From Ranitomeya imitator (taxonomy: Eukaryota), in the NCBI RefSeq assembly GCF_032444005.1, contig NC_091286.1:72230001-72294000 (forward strand): a stretch of 64,000 nt of DNA, in the 5' to 3' direction. Every line of letters begins with the position of its first letter. The first letter of the stretch is position 1. A program made the position numbers and the translations under genes. The notes beneath the pieces were generated by a model, which saw only the letters and a list, made by a program, of their open reading frames with translations, made no database searches and was not told where the DNA came from. Positions 29,230-39,774 of the stretch are shown piece by piece.

Positions 29230-30190
29230 AGGAGAGTGCACTGTCAGTGCACAGTGTGAGAATACCTGGAGTGCATACACCGGCGACATCACTTATGGGG
29301 TTGGTGCTGGTCTCTGCACACCGGGTATTCTGACAACGCACCCTGACAGCGCGCTTTCCTACCACCTCATTACTGCTGATCTGAGCCAGTGAGAGCACAT
29401 TGTCAGTGCACGGTGTGAGAATACCTAGCGTGCATACACCGGCGACATCACTTATGGGGTTGGTGCTGGTCTCTGCACACCGGGTATTCTAACAACGCAC
29501 CCTGACAGCGCGCTTTCCTACCACCTCATTACTGCTGATGTGAGCCAGTGAGAGCACATTGTCAGTGCACGGTGTGAGAATACCTAGCGTGCATACACCG
29601 GCGACATCACTTATGGGGTTGGTGCTGGTCTCTGCACACCGGGTATTCTAACAACGCACCCTGACAGCGTGCTTTCCTACCACCTCATTACTGCTGATCT
29701 GAGCCAGTGAGAGAGCGCACTGTCAGTGCACGGTGTGAGAATACCCGGCGTGCATACACCGGCGACATCACTTATGGGGTTGGTGCTGGTCTCTGAACAC
29801 CGGGTATTCTGACAACGAACCCTGACAGTGTGCTTTCCTACTGCCTCATTACTGCTGATCTGAGCCAGTGCGAGAGCGCACTGTCAGTGCACGGTGTGAG
29901 AACACCCGGCGTTCATACACCGGCGACATCACTTGGGGGTTGGTGCTGGTCTCTGCACACCAGGTATTCTGACAACGCAGCCTGACAGCGTGCTTTCTTA
30001 CCACCTCATTACTGCTGATCTGAGCCAGTGAGAGCGCACTGTCAGTGCACGGTGTAAGAATACCTAGCGTGCAGATACCAGTGACATCACGTACGGGAAC
30101 GGTGGGTATTCTGACAACTAGCACTAAGAGTGTGCTCTGCTGCCAGCTTGTTAATGCTGATCTGAGCCAGTGAGAGAGCGCACTGTCACT
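29230..30190. repeat. ~160-bp tandem repeat (~6 units), each unit a long imperfect palindrome
   Basis: The marker (c/g)tgagccagt recurs at 29381, 29540, 29699, 29860, 30020 and 30162; the inner inverted repeat is gaatacccggcgtgca / tgcacaccgggtattc. Confidence 0.92.
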
Positions 30191-31757
30191 GTGCACATTG
30201 CGCAGGAACTAGCCCAGCCCCGGAAACAATGGTCACTGATGACACTTCATTCCATTTCAGGGCGGAGGCTGCAGCTGTGACCATGGCACCTGCCCCCTGA
30301 TGATACTTTTTTTCAGGGATTCTCAAACAAAGCATCATAAAAAAGTGAAAAAAATACAAATAAAAGAAGTTAGTGTAGTTACGGAAGGATAGGGAATTTT
30401 TAATTCATGAATATTAGAAAATAACTTAGATTATAGCACCAAATAGGTATTAAGGATGACTATTACTTTGTATGTCGGACCACCCCTTTAACCTCAGCCC
30501 CCTGTGCCATGCACCAGCTGCCTAATACAAATGAGCTGCAGTAAATTCAGCATGTATTACCTCGGAATGACCACCAGGTGGCAACATAACCCCCGGATTA
30601 TATAACTGACCCGCTTTACTTTCTGGCTCGTACGGGCGAGTCTCACACAGTTCACTCTCCTGATAATCATAAAGAAGACGACAAACACTCATCTATTCTA
30701 CAGCTAGTTGTTACCTCTCTCTGTCTATTATACTCGGGCGCCCATCTACAGGGATCAGACCACAAGGAGATCTGAAATCGGCGGCAAGGAAATGGACAAG
30801 GAAGGGCAACAGCTCGCTTTGAGCACTATGCATTGCCCAAATCAAATATGGCCGCTGAACTACGGCGGCTGTGGAGGGACAAAATGCAGAATGCGACCGC
30901 GAATGATAAAAGTATGATAGTGCAGTGTAAGGCAAAGTATGAGGCGTCATGTGATGTGAGCGAGAGCTTTGTATTTTTTTAAAGGTTGTTGAGCTCATTT
31001 AGATTTTTACCTCAAAAAATGGCAGCTGAATAAAAAAAAGAGGGTGTTATTATGATCCTTGGGGTCATAAATTGTGATTGTGAAAAGGGGATTATATGAT
31101 GGCACAGCCACTTAACGGGGCATACAGGGAGATAGAATTTATGGATAGATGATAACTGTAGATCGATGGCTCTGAATGTTATCCGTGTGTCTTGGGCATG
31201 CTCGATCAATATGTTTGCATCCCTGCATCTGCATTATTCGCGGCTGTCAGACAGCTTCAACACGTGGGGATTCCCTAACAGGCAATCCCGCATGTGTTGC
31301 TGCTGTCGAACAGCAGACGCAAGGACCAGAACATAATATACGATAATACGAGCACACCCAAGATACACGGATAACACCCGAGCACACTCTCTCATCACCA
31401 ATGCCCACTGATCGCCACAAAGGATCCCTTTAAATCCTGTTACCATACACTGGCAGTGCATTCAGCAGTCGGGAATGTACGCAGCCTCTCCATTCATTCT
31501 TTATAGGTGTCAGCTGGAAAAAGACAGGAATAAAAGGTGCCCTTTCTGGCGATAGTGTTTTCAAACTAGAATGCCCCTTTAAGGCCAGGGTTACACGGCA
31601 AGATGTGTCGCCCAGCAGTGAAATCACAGTGTTGGAAGCATCTAACGATTTAATATGGCGTCGCACTGTGGCAAACGTTACCAAATGTGTTGCATTTTCT
31701 GCTGCAAGTTGCAAACTTGCTGTAGACTTCAATGCAAATCACACACTGAGGTCACTT

Positions 31758-32136
31758 GGGTTTACTAGGGACCGTTCCTGTCAGACTAATCTGATCAGTT
31801 TCTATGAAGAGGTAAGTTCCGGACTGGACCAAGGGAACGCAGTGGACGTTGTGTATATGGACTTTTCAAAAGCTTTTGATACGGTGCCACACAAAAGGTT
31901 GATACATAAAATGAGAATAATGGGGATAGGGGAAAATATGTGTAAGTGGGTTGAGAGCTGGCTCAGGGATAGGAAACAAAGGGTGGTTATTAATGGAGCA
32001 CACTCGGACTGGGTCACGGTTAGCAATGGGGTACCACAGGGGTCAGTATTGGGCCCTTTTCTTTTTAGCATATTTATTAATGACCTTGTAGGGGGCATGC
32101 AGAGTACAATTTCAATATTTGCAGATGACACTAAAC
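31758..32136 (+). mobile_element. CR1 LINE reverse-transcriptase fragment (continues at 39183-39210)
   Basis: GFTRDRSCQTNL...DVVYMDFSKAFDTVPH...GVPQGSVLGP...IFADDTK; the reading frame resumes as LCRVINT after the nested insertion. Confidence 0.92.
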
Positions 32137-32339
32137 CATACCTCCCAACTTTTGAAGCGGGGAAAGAGGGACAAAGTTAGCGGCGCGCAACGCGCGCCGC
32201 GGCAAATTTTAGGTCACGCCTCTGACCACACCCATTCACTAGTCACACCCATATCCACGTCTCAACTACACCCATTTAGCACTGCTGATCACACTGTTCA
32301 TAAAGAATAATTATAAACAAAAAAATATGGCCACACAGT

Positions 32340-32958
32340 GCTCCATACTGTATAATGACCGCACATGATGCTCCATACTGTATAATTGCCGCACATAATG
32401 CTCCATACTGTATAATGACCGCACATAATGCTCCATACTGTATAATGACCGCACATGATGCTCCATACTGTATAATGGCCACACATGATGCTCCATACTG
32501 TATAATGGCCACACATGATGCTCCATACTGTATAATGGCCACACATGATGCTCAATACTGTATAATGGCCCCACATGATGCTCCATACTGTATAATGGCC
32601 ACATATGATGCTCAATACCGTATAATGGCCCCACATGATGCTCCATACTGTATAATGGCCACACATGATGCTCCATACTGTATAATGGCCACACATGATG
32701 CTCCATACTGTATAATGGCCGCACATGATGCTCCATACTGTATAATGACCACACATGATGCTCCATACTGTATAATAACCGCACATGATGCTCCATACTG
32801 TATAATGGCCACACATGATGCTCCATACTGTATAATGACCACACATGATGCTCCATACTGTATAATGACCGCACATGATGCTCCATACTGTATAATGGCC
32901 ACACATGATGCTCCATACTGTATAATGACCGCACATGATGCTCCATACTGTATAATGG
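32340..32958. repeat. 30-bp minisatellite inside the TIR element (resumes at 38266-38390)
   Basis: Unit atgatgctccatactgtataatggccacac; explains ORFs 32276-33089. Confidence 0.95.
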
Positions 32959-33577
32959 TATATTGCCCATTGGCTCATGCACTTTATTGTTTGCTGCCGC
33001 TTGCAGTGTTTGGTTGCTTCACATATATGCACTATTTGCACATTAGATTGAGTACACTCCCATTATCGCAGATTTCTGCTTTTATCTGACACTTTTTTTC
33101 ATAGTTGTGTTTCCTCTCATCTTTTGTATTTTTTATGGGCCATATTGACATGTTATAACGGACACAGGATTTACATATATGGACATCAGTTAACTACAGG
33201 CACTTATACATTTTTTTATATATAATTGTGATACATTTTTTTATATATATGCATTTTTTTGTTATTGTATGGTATAGTCTGAGTTTTATGTAATTAATAA
33301 AGCAATTTTTATGACCACATCCTTGCTTTGATTGTTTTTATGGGATTTTTTTCTATGTGGAGCTAGAAATTTCCTCTTCATTATATGTAGTGTCCCACTG
33401 CGATACTTACACACTGGATGTCCTTGGGGTAGTTTTATTTATTTATTTATTAATATATATTGATATATATATATATATATATATATTTTGGTTAATTTTT
33501 ACCCTGTGTGCACTAGTGTGTTTTTTAATTGTTGTATATTTACTGTGTTCTGCACAGGCCATCCTTCTTGCTTCAGC

Positions 33578-36500
33578 ATGGACTTTAAGACCAGGGAACA
33601 GTCCTGGCAGGGACAAGTGAATCTGGTATTTGGGGCCAGTGGTGGAAAAGATACTACCACTAATGGTCCACAATTTAATGACTTTTTCTATACTATTAAA
33701 AATCTGACACACAGGAGAACACGCTCATGGTGGAACCGGGCTTTTTTAGAAAACTATGTACAGCGGCACCTTATCCCCAGGGGTTTACGGATCCAAATAA
33801 CACCATCATTCCCAGTTGAGGATAATGACTTTATAAATAAATGGGAAACCATATGTAACGAAACATCAATGAAATTAATGGGTCTACTAATACAATATAA
33901 TGCAAAAACTCTGACTGATATTGATAAATTATTAGAGGAGACCTTTATCAAGGCGAAAGCACAACTGACAATCGACCAATTTGAGTCGATAGATCCTCAA
34001 TTGGATAAACTGGTGGATCAGTGGGTAAAAGATATACAGACAAGACAAACCAGCAAATTAATAAGAGATCAGAGGGATATTGCCAATGGCAGAGTATATA
34101 GATGGCGGAAACCTCAGAGTAAAGAAGAACCCCGTGGAAGAACATTGTCTACAACATCAGATGTTACTAATGGTGATATTTCATGTGCCTCCTCCTCCGT
34201 CTCTGTATCCACTTCCATCAACTCTACACCAAAACGGAAACGTGAGCCTCGCTACATGCCGGCTAAGAAGAATTTCAGATATTCCCCTGACAACTATAGA
34301 GGCAACAATAAGGTAATCAATTTGAGCTCTCATTGTTTCTCTCAAACAGAGATGGCTGTGTTAAACAGGGGCCTAATGTTTTGTCCTGCAGCAAAGTTTG
34401 ACAAATTTGCTGCGGTCAAAGATTTACATTTATTTGCCAGGAAACTTATTTTTAAACGGCATTTCCATAATGAAGATCTAACGAGACTATTTCCAACAGA
34501 GACGGAGCAGGAGGCACTGAATATCTTGGAAGAACTAGCACGGGAACACAGTGAAAGTGAGGACGGTAAGATTCCGAAATCAATACAAACATGCTCACGT
34601 AGATTTCCACCTTTATCCTCCTGCCCAACATTGGAGATATTTGTACAGACGGTGAGCAAGGAATTTGACAAAATCCCGTGTTACCCCAATATGGATAATC
34701 TTAGTTATGGGGAAAAACAGAGTTTGGTTAAATTGCAGGGGATGAGTGATATCTTAATAAAACCTGCAGATAAGGGTGGAAGTATAGTAATCTGGCCTAA
34801 AACACTTTATGAGGCGGAAGCATTTAAACAATTAAAAGTAGAGGTGTGTTATAAGAAATTAACGTTCAATCCTCTGGAAAAATTTGGTAAGGAACTGATG
34901 GGAATCTTGAAAGAAGCTAAGGAGAATGGAATAATTACCAAGGAATTGTTCTTGGCCTTACAGGTTACAGAACCAGTTATTCCCACGTTATATCTACTGC
35001 CCAAAGTACACAAAAATAGTGTTACACCACCGGGTAGACCTATAATATCTGGGTGTGGCAATTTCATGGAAAACATTAATAAATTTATTGACTTCAAATT
35101 GAAACCACTTGTCGAGGAGTTGCCCTCGTTTGTAAAGGATACGAATGATTTTTTAAAGAAAGTGGATGGACTCCACATCGACAATGACACATTACTTGTG
35201 TCTTGCGATGTGGAGTCATTATACACTAATATCCGCCACAATGATGGATTAAGGGCTATACGGTATTTTCTGGACACATCAATGATATCCACGAACATGA
35301 GCAACTTCATTCTGGAACTCCTCCAATTTTCTTTGTCACATAACTTTTTTATTTTTAAGGGGTCCCTCTACCTACAGCTCCAGGGTACCGCCATGGGCGC
35401 ATCTTTTGCGCCTGCGTACGCAAATCTATTCCTGGGGCTGTGGGAGAGGGACCTCCTTGCATCTGACCTTATGGCATCAATGGAGCGCATCCCCTTGTGG
35501 GTGCGCTTCATTGATGACATCTTTTTTATTTGGCAGGGATCAAGAACACTGCTAGAGGAATTTATGGGTCAGCTCAATCAGAATTCTAATAATATACATC
35601 TAACTTTTAAATGTGACTCCAACTGTATTGAGTTCCTAGATGTGTATGTAAAACGTGGTGAGGATAATTTTTTGGTTACTGATTTATACAGGAAACCTAC
35701 ATCCGTCAATTCATTCCTTCATGCCACATCATCACACCCGAAAGCTATGATAAGATCCATACCGATTGGTCAATTTCTACGTCTTAGAAGAATATGCACT
35801 AATGAAGACGATTTTTTGAAACAATCAACTGATTTGAAAGCCAGATTTTTAGAACAGGGTTATAGCCACCGATCAATCAAAAAGGCCTTTAATAGAGCCA
35901 AATATACAACTCGACATCAGACATTATATTCTATGAAAACCAAGCCGTCAATCCAACCAACTAGATTTATCACTCAATTCCATGGCCAATCAGAATTAAT
36001 GCGTCAGCTTCTCACAAAATCTTGGCCTATCCTCCAAGGTGACCCAATTTTAGCACAATATATTGGGGATCATCCCAATATAACATTCAGAAGATCACGT
36101 AACTTGAGGGACACCCTGGTTAGGAGCCACTACGTAGGAGATCCTAAACCATCGGTATCCTTTTTGAATAAAACCAAACCAATAATAGGATGCAGACCTT
36201 GTGGGAATTGTGTGGCCTGCCCGAACATTAAGAGGGCTCAAACATTTATGAATGCTAAAGGCACGGCCACATACAAAATTAAACACTCCATTACGTGTAC
36301 AACAAAAGCAGTGATCTATTTTGCCCAATGTCCATGTGCTCTTATATATATAGGGATGACGACACGTCAATTGAAAGTTCGTACACGTGAGCATATTTTG
36401 GGTATCTTGGCTGCTAAAGATAATGAAGATATCAATTCTTTAAAAACAATACCCAAGCATTTTAAAGTACACCACAATTGTGATGCATCCCTTTTACAGG

Positions 36501-36652
36501 TATTTGGTATTGATAAAATCGTAGTTAATGAAAGGGGTGGTAAAATTAGCAAACCTCTGGCTAAACTTGAAACTAAATGGATATGGTTGTTAGATACTGT
36601 GGCCCCGAATGGCCTGAATGAGAACTTGAGCTTCGCCCCATTTTTAGAATAA
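33578..36652 (+). CDS. PLE polyprotein: reverse transcriptase + GIY-YIG endonuclease, 1024 aa
   Basis: RT motifs IKPADKGG, YLLPKVHK..PGRPIISG, DVESLYTNI, QGTAMG, RFIDDIF, FLDV, LYRKPT; CxxCxxC linker (PCGNCVAC); GIY-YIG VIYFAQCPC..IYIGMT..R..EH, LETKW, GLNE. The first ATG (agcATGg) is at 33578; the ORF-track start at 33488 is a TTG. Confidence 0.95.
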   Translation: MDFKTREQSWQGQVNLVFGASGGKDTTTNGPQFNDFFYTIKNLTHRRTRSWWNRAFLENYVQRHLIPRGLRIQITPSFPVEDNDFINKWETICNETSMKLMGLLIQYNAKTLTDIDKLLEETFIKAKAQLTIDQFESIDPQLDKLVDQWVKDIQTRQTSKLIRDQRDIANGRVYRWRKPQSKEEPRGRTLSTTSDVTNGDISCASSSVSVSTSINSTPKRKREPRYMPAKKNFRYSPDNYRGNNKVINLSSHCFSQTEMAVLNRGLMFCPAAKFDKFAAVKDLHLFARKLIFKRHFHNEDLTRLFPTETEQEALNILEELAREHSESEDGKIPKSIQTCSRRFPPLSSCPTLEIFVQTVSKEFDKIPCYPNMDNLSYGEKQSLVKLQGMSDILIKPADKGGSIVIWPKTLYEAEAFKQLKVEVCYKKLTFNPLEKFGKELMGILKEAKENGIITKELFLALQVTEPVIPTLYLLPKVHKNSVTPPGRPIISGCGNFMENINKFIDFKLKPLVEELPSFVKDTNDFLKKVDGLHIDNDTLLVSCDVESLYTNIRHNDGLRAIRYFLDTSMISTNMSNFILELLQFSLSHNFFIFKGSLYLQLQGTAMGASFAPAYANLFLGLWERDLLASDLMASMERIPLWVRFIDDIFFIWQGSRTLLEEFMGQLNQNSNNIHLTFKCDSNCIEFLDVYVKRGEDNFLVTDLYRKPTSVNSFLHATSSHPKAMIRSIPIGQFLRLRRICTNEDDFLKQSTDLKARFLEQGYSHRSIKKAFNRAKYTTRHQTLYSMKTKPSIQPTRFITQFHGQSELMRQLLTKSWPILQGDPILAQYIGDHPNITFRRSRNLRDTLVRSHYVGDPKPSVSFLNKTKPIIGCRPCGNCVACPNIKRAQTFMNAKGTATYKIKHSITCTTKAVIYFAQCPCALIYIGMTTRQLKVRTREHILGILAAKDNEDINSLKTIPKHFKVHHNCDASLLQVFGIDKIVVNERGGKISKPLAKLETKWIWLLDTVAPNGLNENLSFAPFLE

Positions 36653-37269
36653 TCCATGAACGGTCCTTTTTGTTCTCTTGTTGTTGATTTTATATTTCTG
36701 CTTTTAATTCTTATGAGCTTATAATGCATATGTACACATATTATTTTTTTAGTCGTTTTAATTATAATTTTTTAATAATTTTAACACTTCAGTGGTTTTT
36801 GTATATACTTGATATTAATTCCATATGTTTTGTACCATAGGCTCCTGTTATATTGTTTGAGACTTACCTTCTTGAGTGATTTGGTCCTTTTTCCCTGGAT
36901 GTCTGCGGATGGATCTTGTCCGCTGATTGCACTTGCTCCTTGCACGATATGTACTGGTGACTGACTTTTATATGGATGCGGACTCGTGCGGGGCATGGTG
37001 GGAGTGTCAAGCATCGCTGGAATACCTTTTTGTATAATATAATAAGTAGAATTAGGATTAGTATTCATTGTTATATATGTTTTTTCAATTTTTACATATA
37101 TTTCATTTTTGGGATAGAATTACATATAATCACACATGCTCTTACAGTATTAATTTGTCTCACTTTTATTAGAATATATATATATAATTTTTCTATATAC
37201 TTACACCATTTTAATACATTTTTTTGTATATAATTAATTATGTTATATGCCACTGTTAGGAGGCATATT

Positions 37270-37590
37270 ACATCTGGAGCCCAGTGCGCATGAGTGCGCA
37301 CGCGTGTATAACACGCTTGTCTTTTATTACGTCACATTAGGATTAGGATCCCATGGCGCATCCTCGGCGGTGCGCATGCGTGGCTAGGAGTCCGGCGGCC
37401 GTGTCGGGAGCGTCACTGTGGCCTTGGCAACGCCGGGAATTCACCCTGTGCGTCCGGTCACATGGCGTCTCTGGCATTGACTTCCGGGTATCCCGGCGGC
37501 GCATGCGCCGTTGATGCCGTAATGGCGGCTGCCATCGGTAACCCATTAAGATAGGACCATATATAAAGCCCCTGTTGTTGGTAGAATTAT
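37270..37590 (+). promoter_or_regulatory. Putative internal PLE promoter (CpG-rich, NRF1/ETS/YY1-like motifs, TATA)
   Basis: tgcgcatgcg at 37371, gcgcatgcgc at 37499, acttccgg, aatggcggc, and tatataaag at 37560-37568, about 25-30 nt before the ribozyme. Confidence 0.6.
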
Positions 37591-37591
37591 A

Positions 37592-37636
37592 CACCCCCTG
37601 ACGAAGGATTGTGCGTCCGAAACGCGCGTCGGGGTG
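37592..37636 (+). ncRNA. Minimal type I hammerhead ribozyme
   Basis: cacccc-CTGACGA-A-GGA(ttgtgcg)TCC-GAAA-C(gcgc)G-TC-ggggtg; helix I cacccc/ggggtg, palindromic loop 3, predicted cleavage after C37630. Confidence 0.88.
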
Positions 37637-38389
37637 CCCTGGATAGTGACTGGTGGTCCCTGGAATCGGATTTATATATATAGTAAGTGTCCCCTTATAT
37701 TGCCCATTGGCTCATGCACTTTATTGTTTGCTGCCGCTTGCAGTGTTTGGTTGCTTCACATATATGCACTATTTGCACATTAGATTGAGTACACTCCCAT
37801 TATCGCAGATTTCTGCTTTTATCTGACACTTTTTTTCATAGTTGTGTTTCCTCTCATCTTTTGTATTTTTTATGGGCCATATTGACATGTTATAACGGAC
37901 ACAGGATTTACATATATGGACATCAGTTAACTACAGGCACTTATACATTTTTTTATATATAATTGTGATACATTTTTTTATATATATGCATTTTTTTGTT
38001 ATTGTATGGTATAGTCTGAGTTTTATGTAATTAATAAAGCAATTTTTATGACCACATCCTTGCTTTGATTGTTTTTATGGGATTTTTTTCTATGTGGAGC
38101 TAGAAATTTCCTCTTCATTATATGTAGTGTCCCACTGCGATACTTACACACTGGATGTCCTTGGGGTAGTTTTATTTATTTATTTATTAATATATATTGA
38201 TATATATATATATATATATATATTTTGGTTAATTTTTACCCTGTGTGCACTAGTGTGTTTTTTAAATGATGCTCCATACTGTATAATGGCCACACATGAT
38301 GCTCCATACTGTATAATGAGCACACATGATGCTCCATACTGTATAATGACCGCACATGATGCTCAATACCGTATAATGGCCACACATAG

Positions 38390-38830
38390 CTACTCCTACA
38401 CACGCGGCTGCGCTCCGTACACTTTGCATACACGGCTCCACTCCATACATCTCAAACACACACGGCTCCGTTCCGTTCACCTCGTACACATTCAGCTCCG
38501 CTCCATACACCTCATACACACACGGCTCCGCTCCATACATCTCGTACACACGGCACTACGTACACCTCATACACACACCGCTCCGCTCCATACACATTGC
38601 AGAAGCTACTCCGCTCCATACACCTCGTACACACACGGCTCCGCTCTATACACATTGCACACACGGCTCTGCTCCGCACACCTCGTACACACGTGGCTCC
38701 ACTCCATACACCTTTCACACTCTACTCTCAACCGAACACTTCTTACACGACTCCGCTCCGTACACCTCGTACACACGCGGCTGCGCTCCGTACACCTCAT
38801 GCACACGGCTCCGTACACCCCTTACACACA
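38390..38830. repeat. Degenerate ~27-bp tandem repeat within the TIR element
   Basis: Variants of cacacggctccgctccatacacctcgta. Confidence 0.8.
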
Positions 38831-39774
38831 TGGGCTCTGCTACATCCACCCTGTAAACACCTCCTGACCTCACACATACGATGCCTTACCCTCCTCCGGC
38901 GCCATGGCAACCAGCAAAGTCCTGTACACGGAGGTCCTCCTCCCGAATCCGATCATGTGACCCCTAACTCCTCCCATCCTGTGACCTCATCACAGGTCCT
39001 GTGCACAGAGCAGCCATTATGTGCTGCTGTGCTGGCCGGGTGCAGGGAGCTCTCAGCTGACCGACCGGGTGATTCACATACCTCCCAACCAGTGCGGGAC
39101 AATTAATGTCCCGCCCGGGATCGCGGGACTGACTGTCAAAATCAGGACAGTCCTGCTGGATCCGGGACGGTTGGGAGGTATGACTAAACTCTGCAGGGTA
39201 ATCAATACAGATTGCAAGGGTGAATAAAGGGACTTTTTGCACAGAGTGCTGCTGCCAAACTGTGAAAACCAATGACAGTTTGCATCACACAGATGGGAGA
39301 GCTTCAGGGCTCAGCGCCTCACGTTGACTGGGCAGCTCACATGACTGACATCCCATCCAGCTCTGTTGCTTCTACTCATTTACTTCCACACAATCAAAAT
39401 TGATGAGCTGAATCCAGGAAAGCGGCTGACCTCAGGTATTGAAGATCATCTATATGTGACCCCTTAGGGTACATTCAGATGGCAGATTTTAGTTGTGGAA
39501 AAAACTGAGATTAAACTTTAAACTGCTGGATGTGGACGAGCCCGATCCGAGCTTACCCTTCGTCATTTCCTAGAAGAAATGGTTTCAGTATGCGACATTT
39601 GACTTTTGAATCAGATTTCAAATCTGTTGTGGTAAAATCTGCTGGAAAATGCAACGAAATCTGCGCAGAAAAAAACCTCGACATCCCCTCACCATGGACC
39701 ACAAGAGTGCTAACATCAATCCCCTCACCTGGTAGAGTATCACAGGTCCTTACAGAAATCCCTACCCGAGACAA

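Larger units (their letters stand above)
32959..38265 (+). mobile_element. Penelope-like retroelement (PLE, Neptune-type) with 570-bp direct terminal repeats (pseudo-LTRs)
   Basis: 32959-33528 and 37696-38265 look identical on inspection, including the (AT)12 tract. They flank an intact RT+GIY-YIG ORF. No TSD; about 6 bp of the target minisatellite unit is missing. Confidence 0.93.
32137..39182. mobile_element. Non-autonomous TIR DNA element (catacctcccaac termini, 7-bp TSD), host of the Penelope-like element
   Basis: catacctcccaac at 32137, gttgggaggtatg ending 39182, and ACTAAAC duplicated at 32130-32136 and 39183-39189. Length is about 1.74 kb without the PLE. Confidence 0.85.

Noticed and set aside
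32276-33089. Periodic ORFs (HYTVWSIMCG / HDAPYCIMAT repeats) resembling metal-binding repeat proteins
   Set aside because: Translation of the 30-bp minisatellite inside a non-autonomous transposon.
33488-33577. ORF-track N-terminal extension of the PLE protein (1054 aa)
   Set aside because: It starts at a TTG inside the predicted intron. The first ATG, in good context, is at 33578 just after a splice acceptor.
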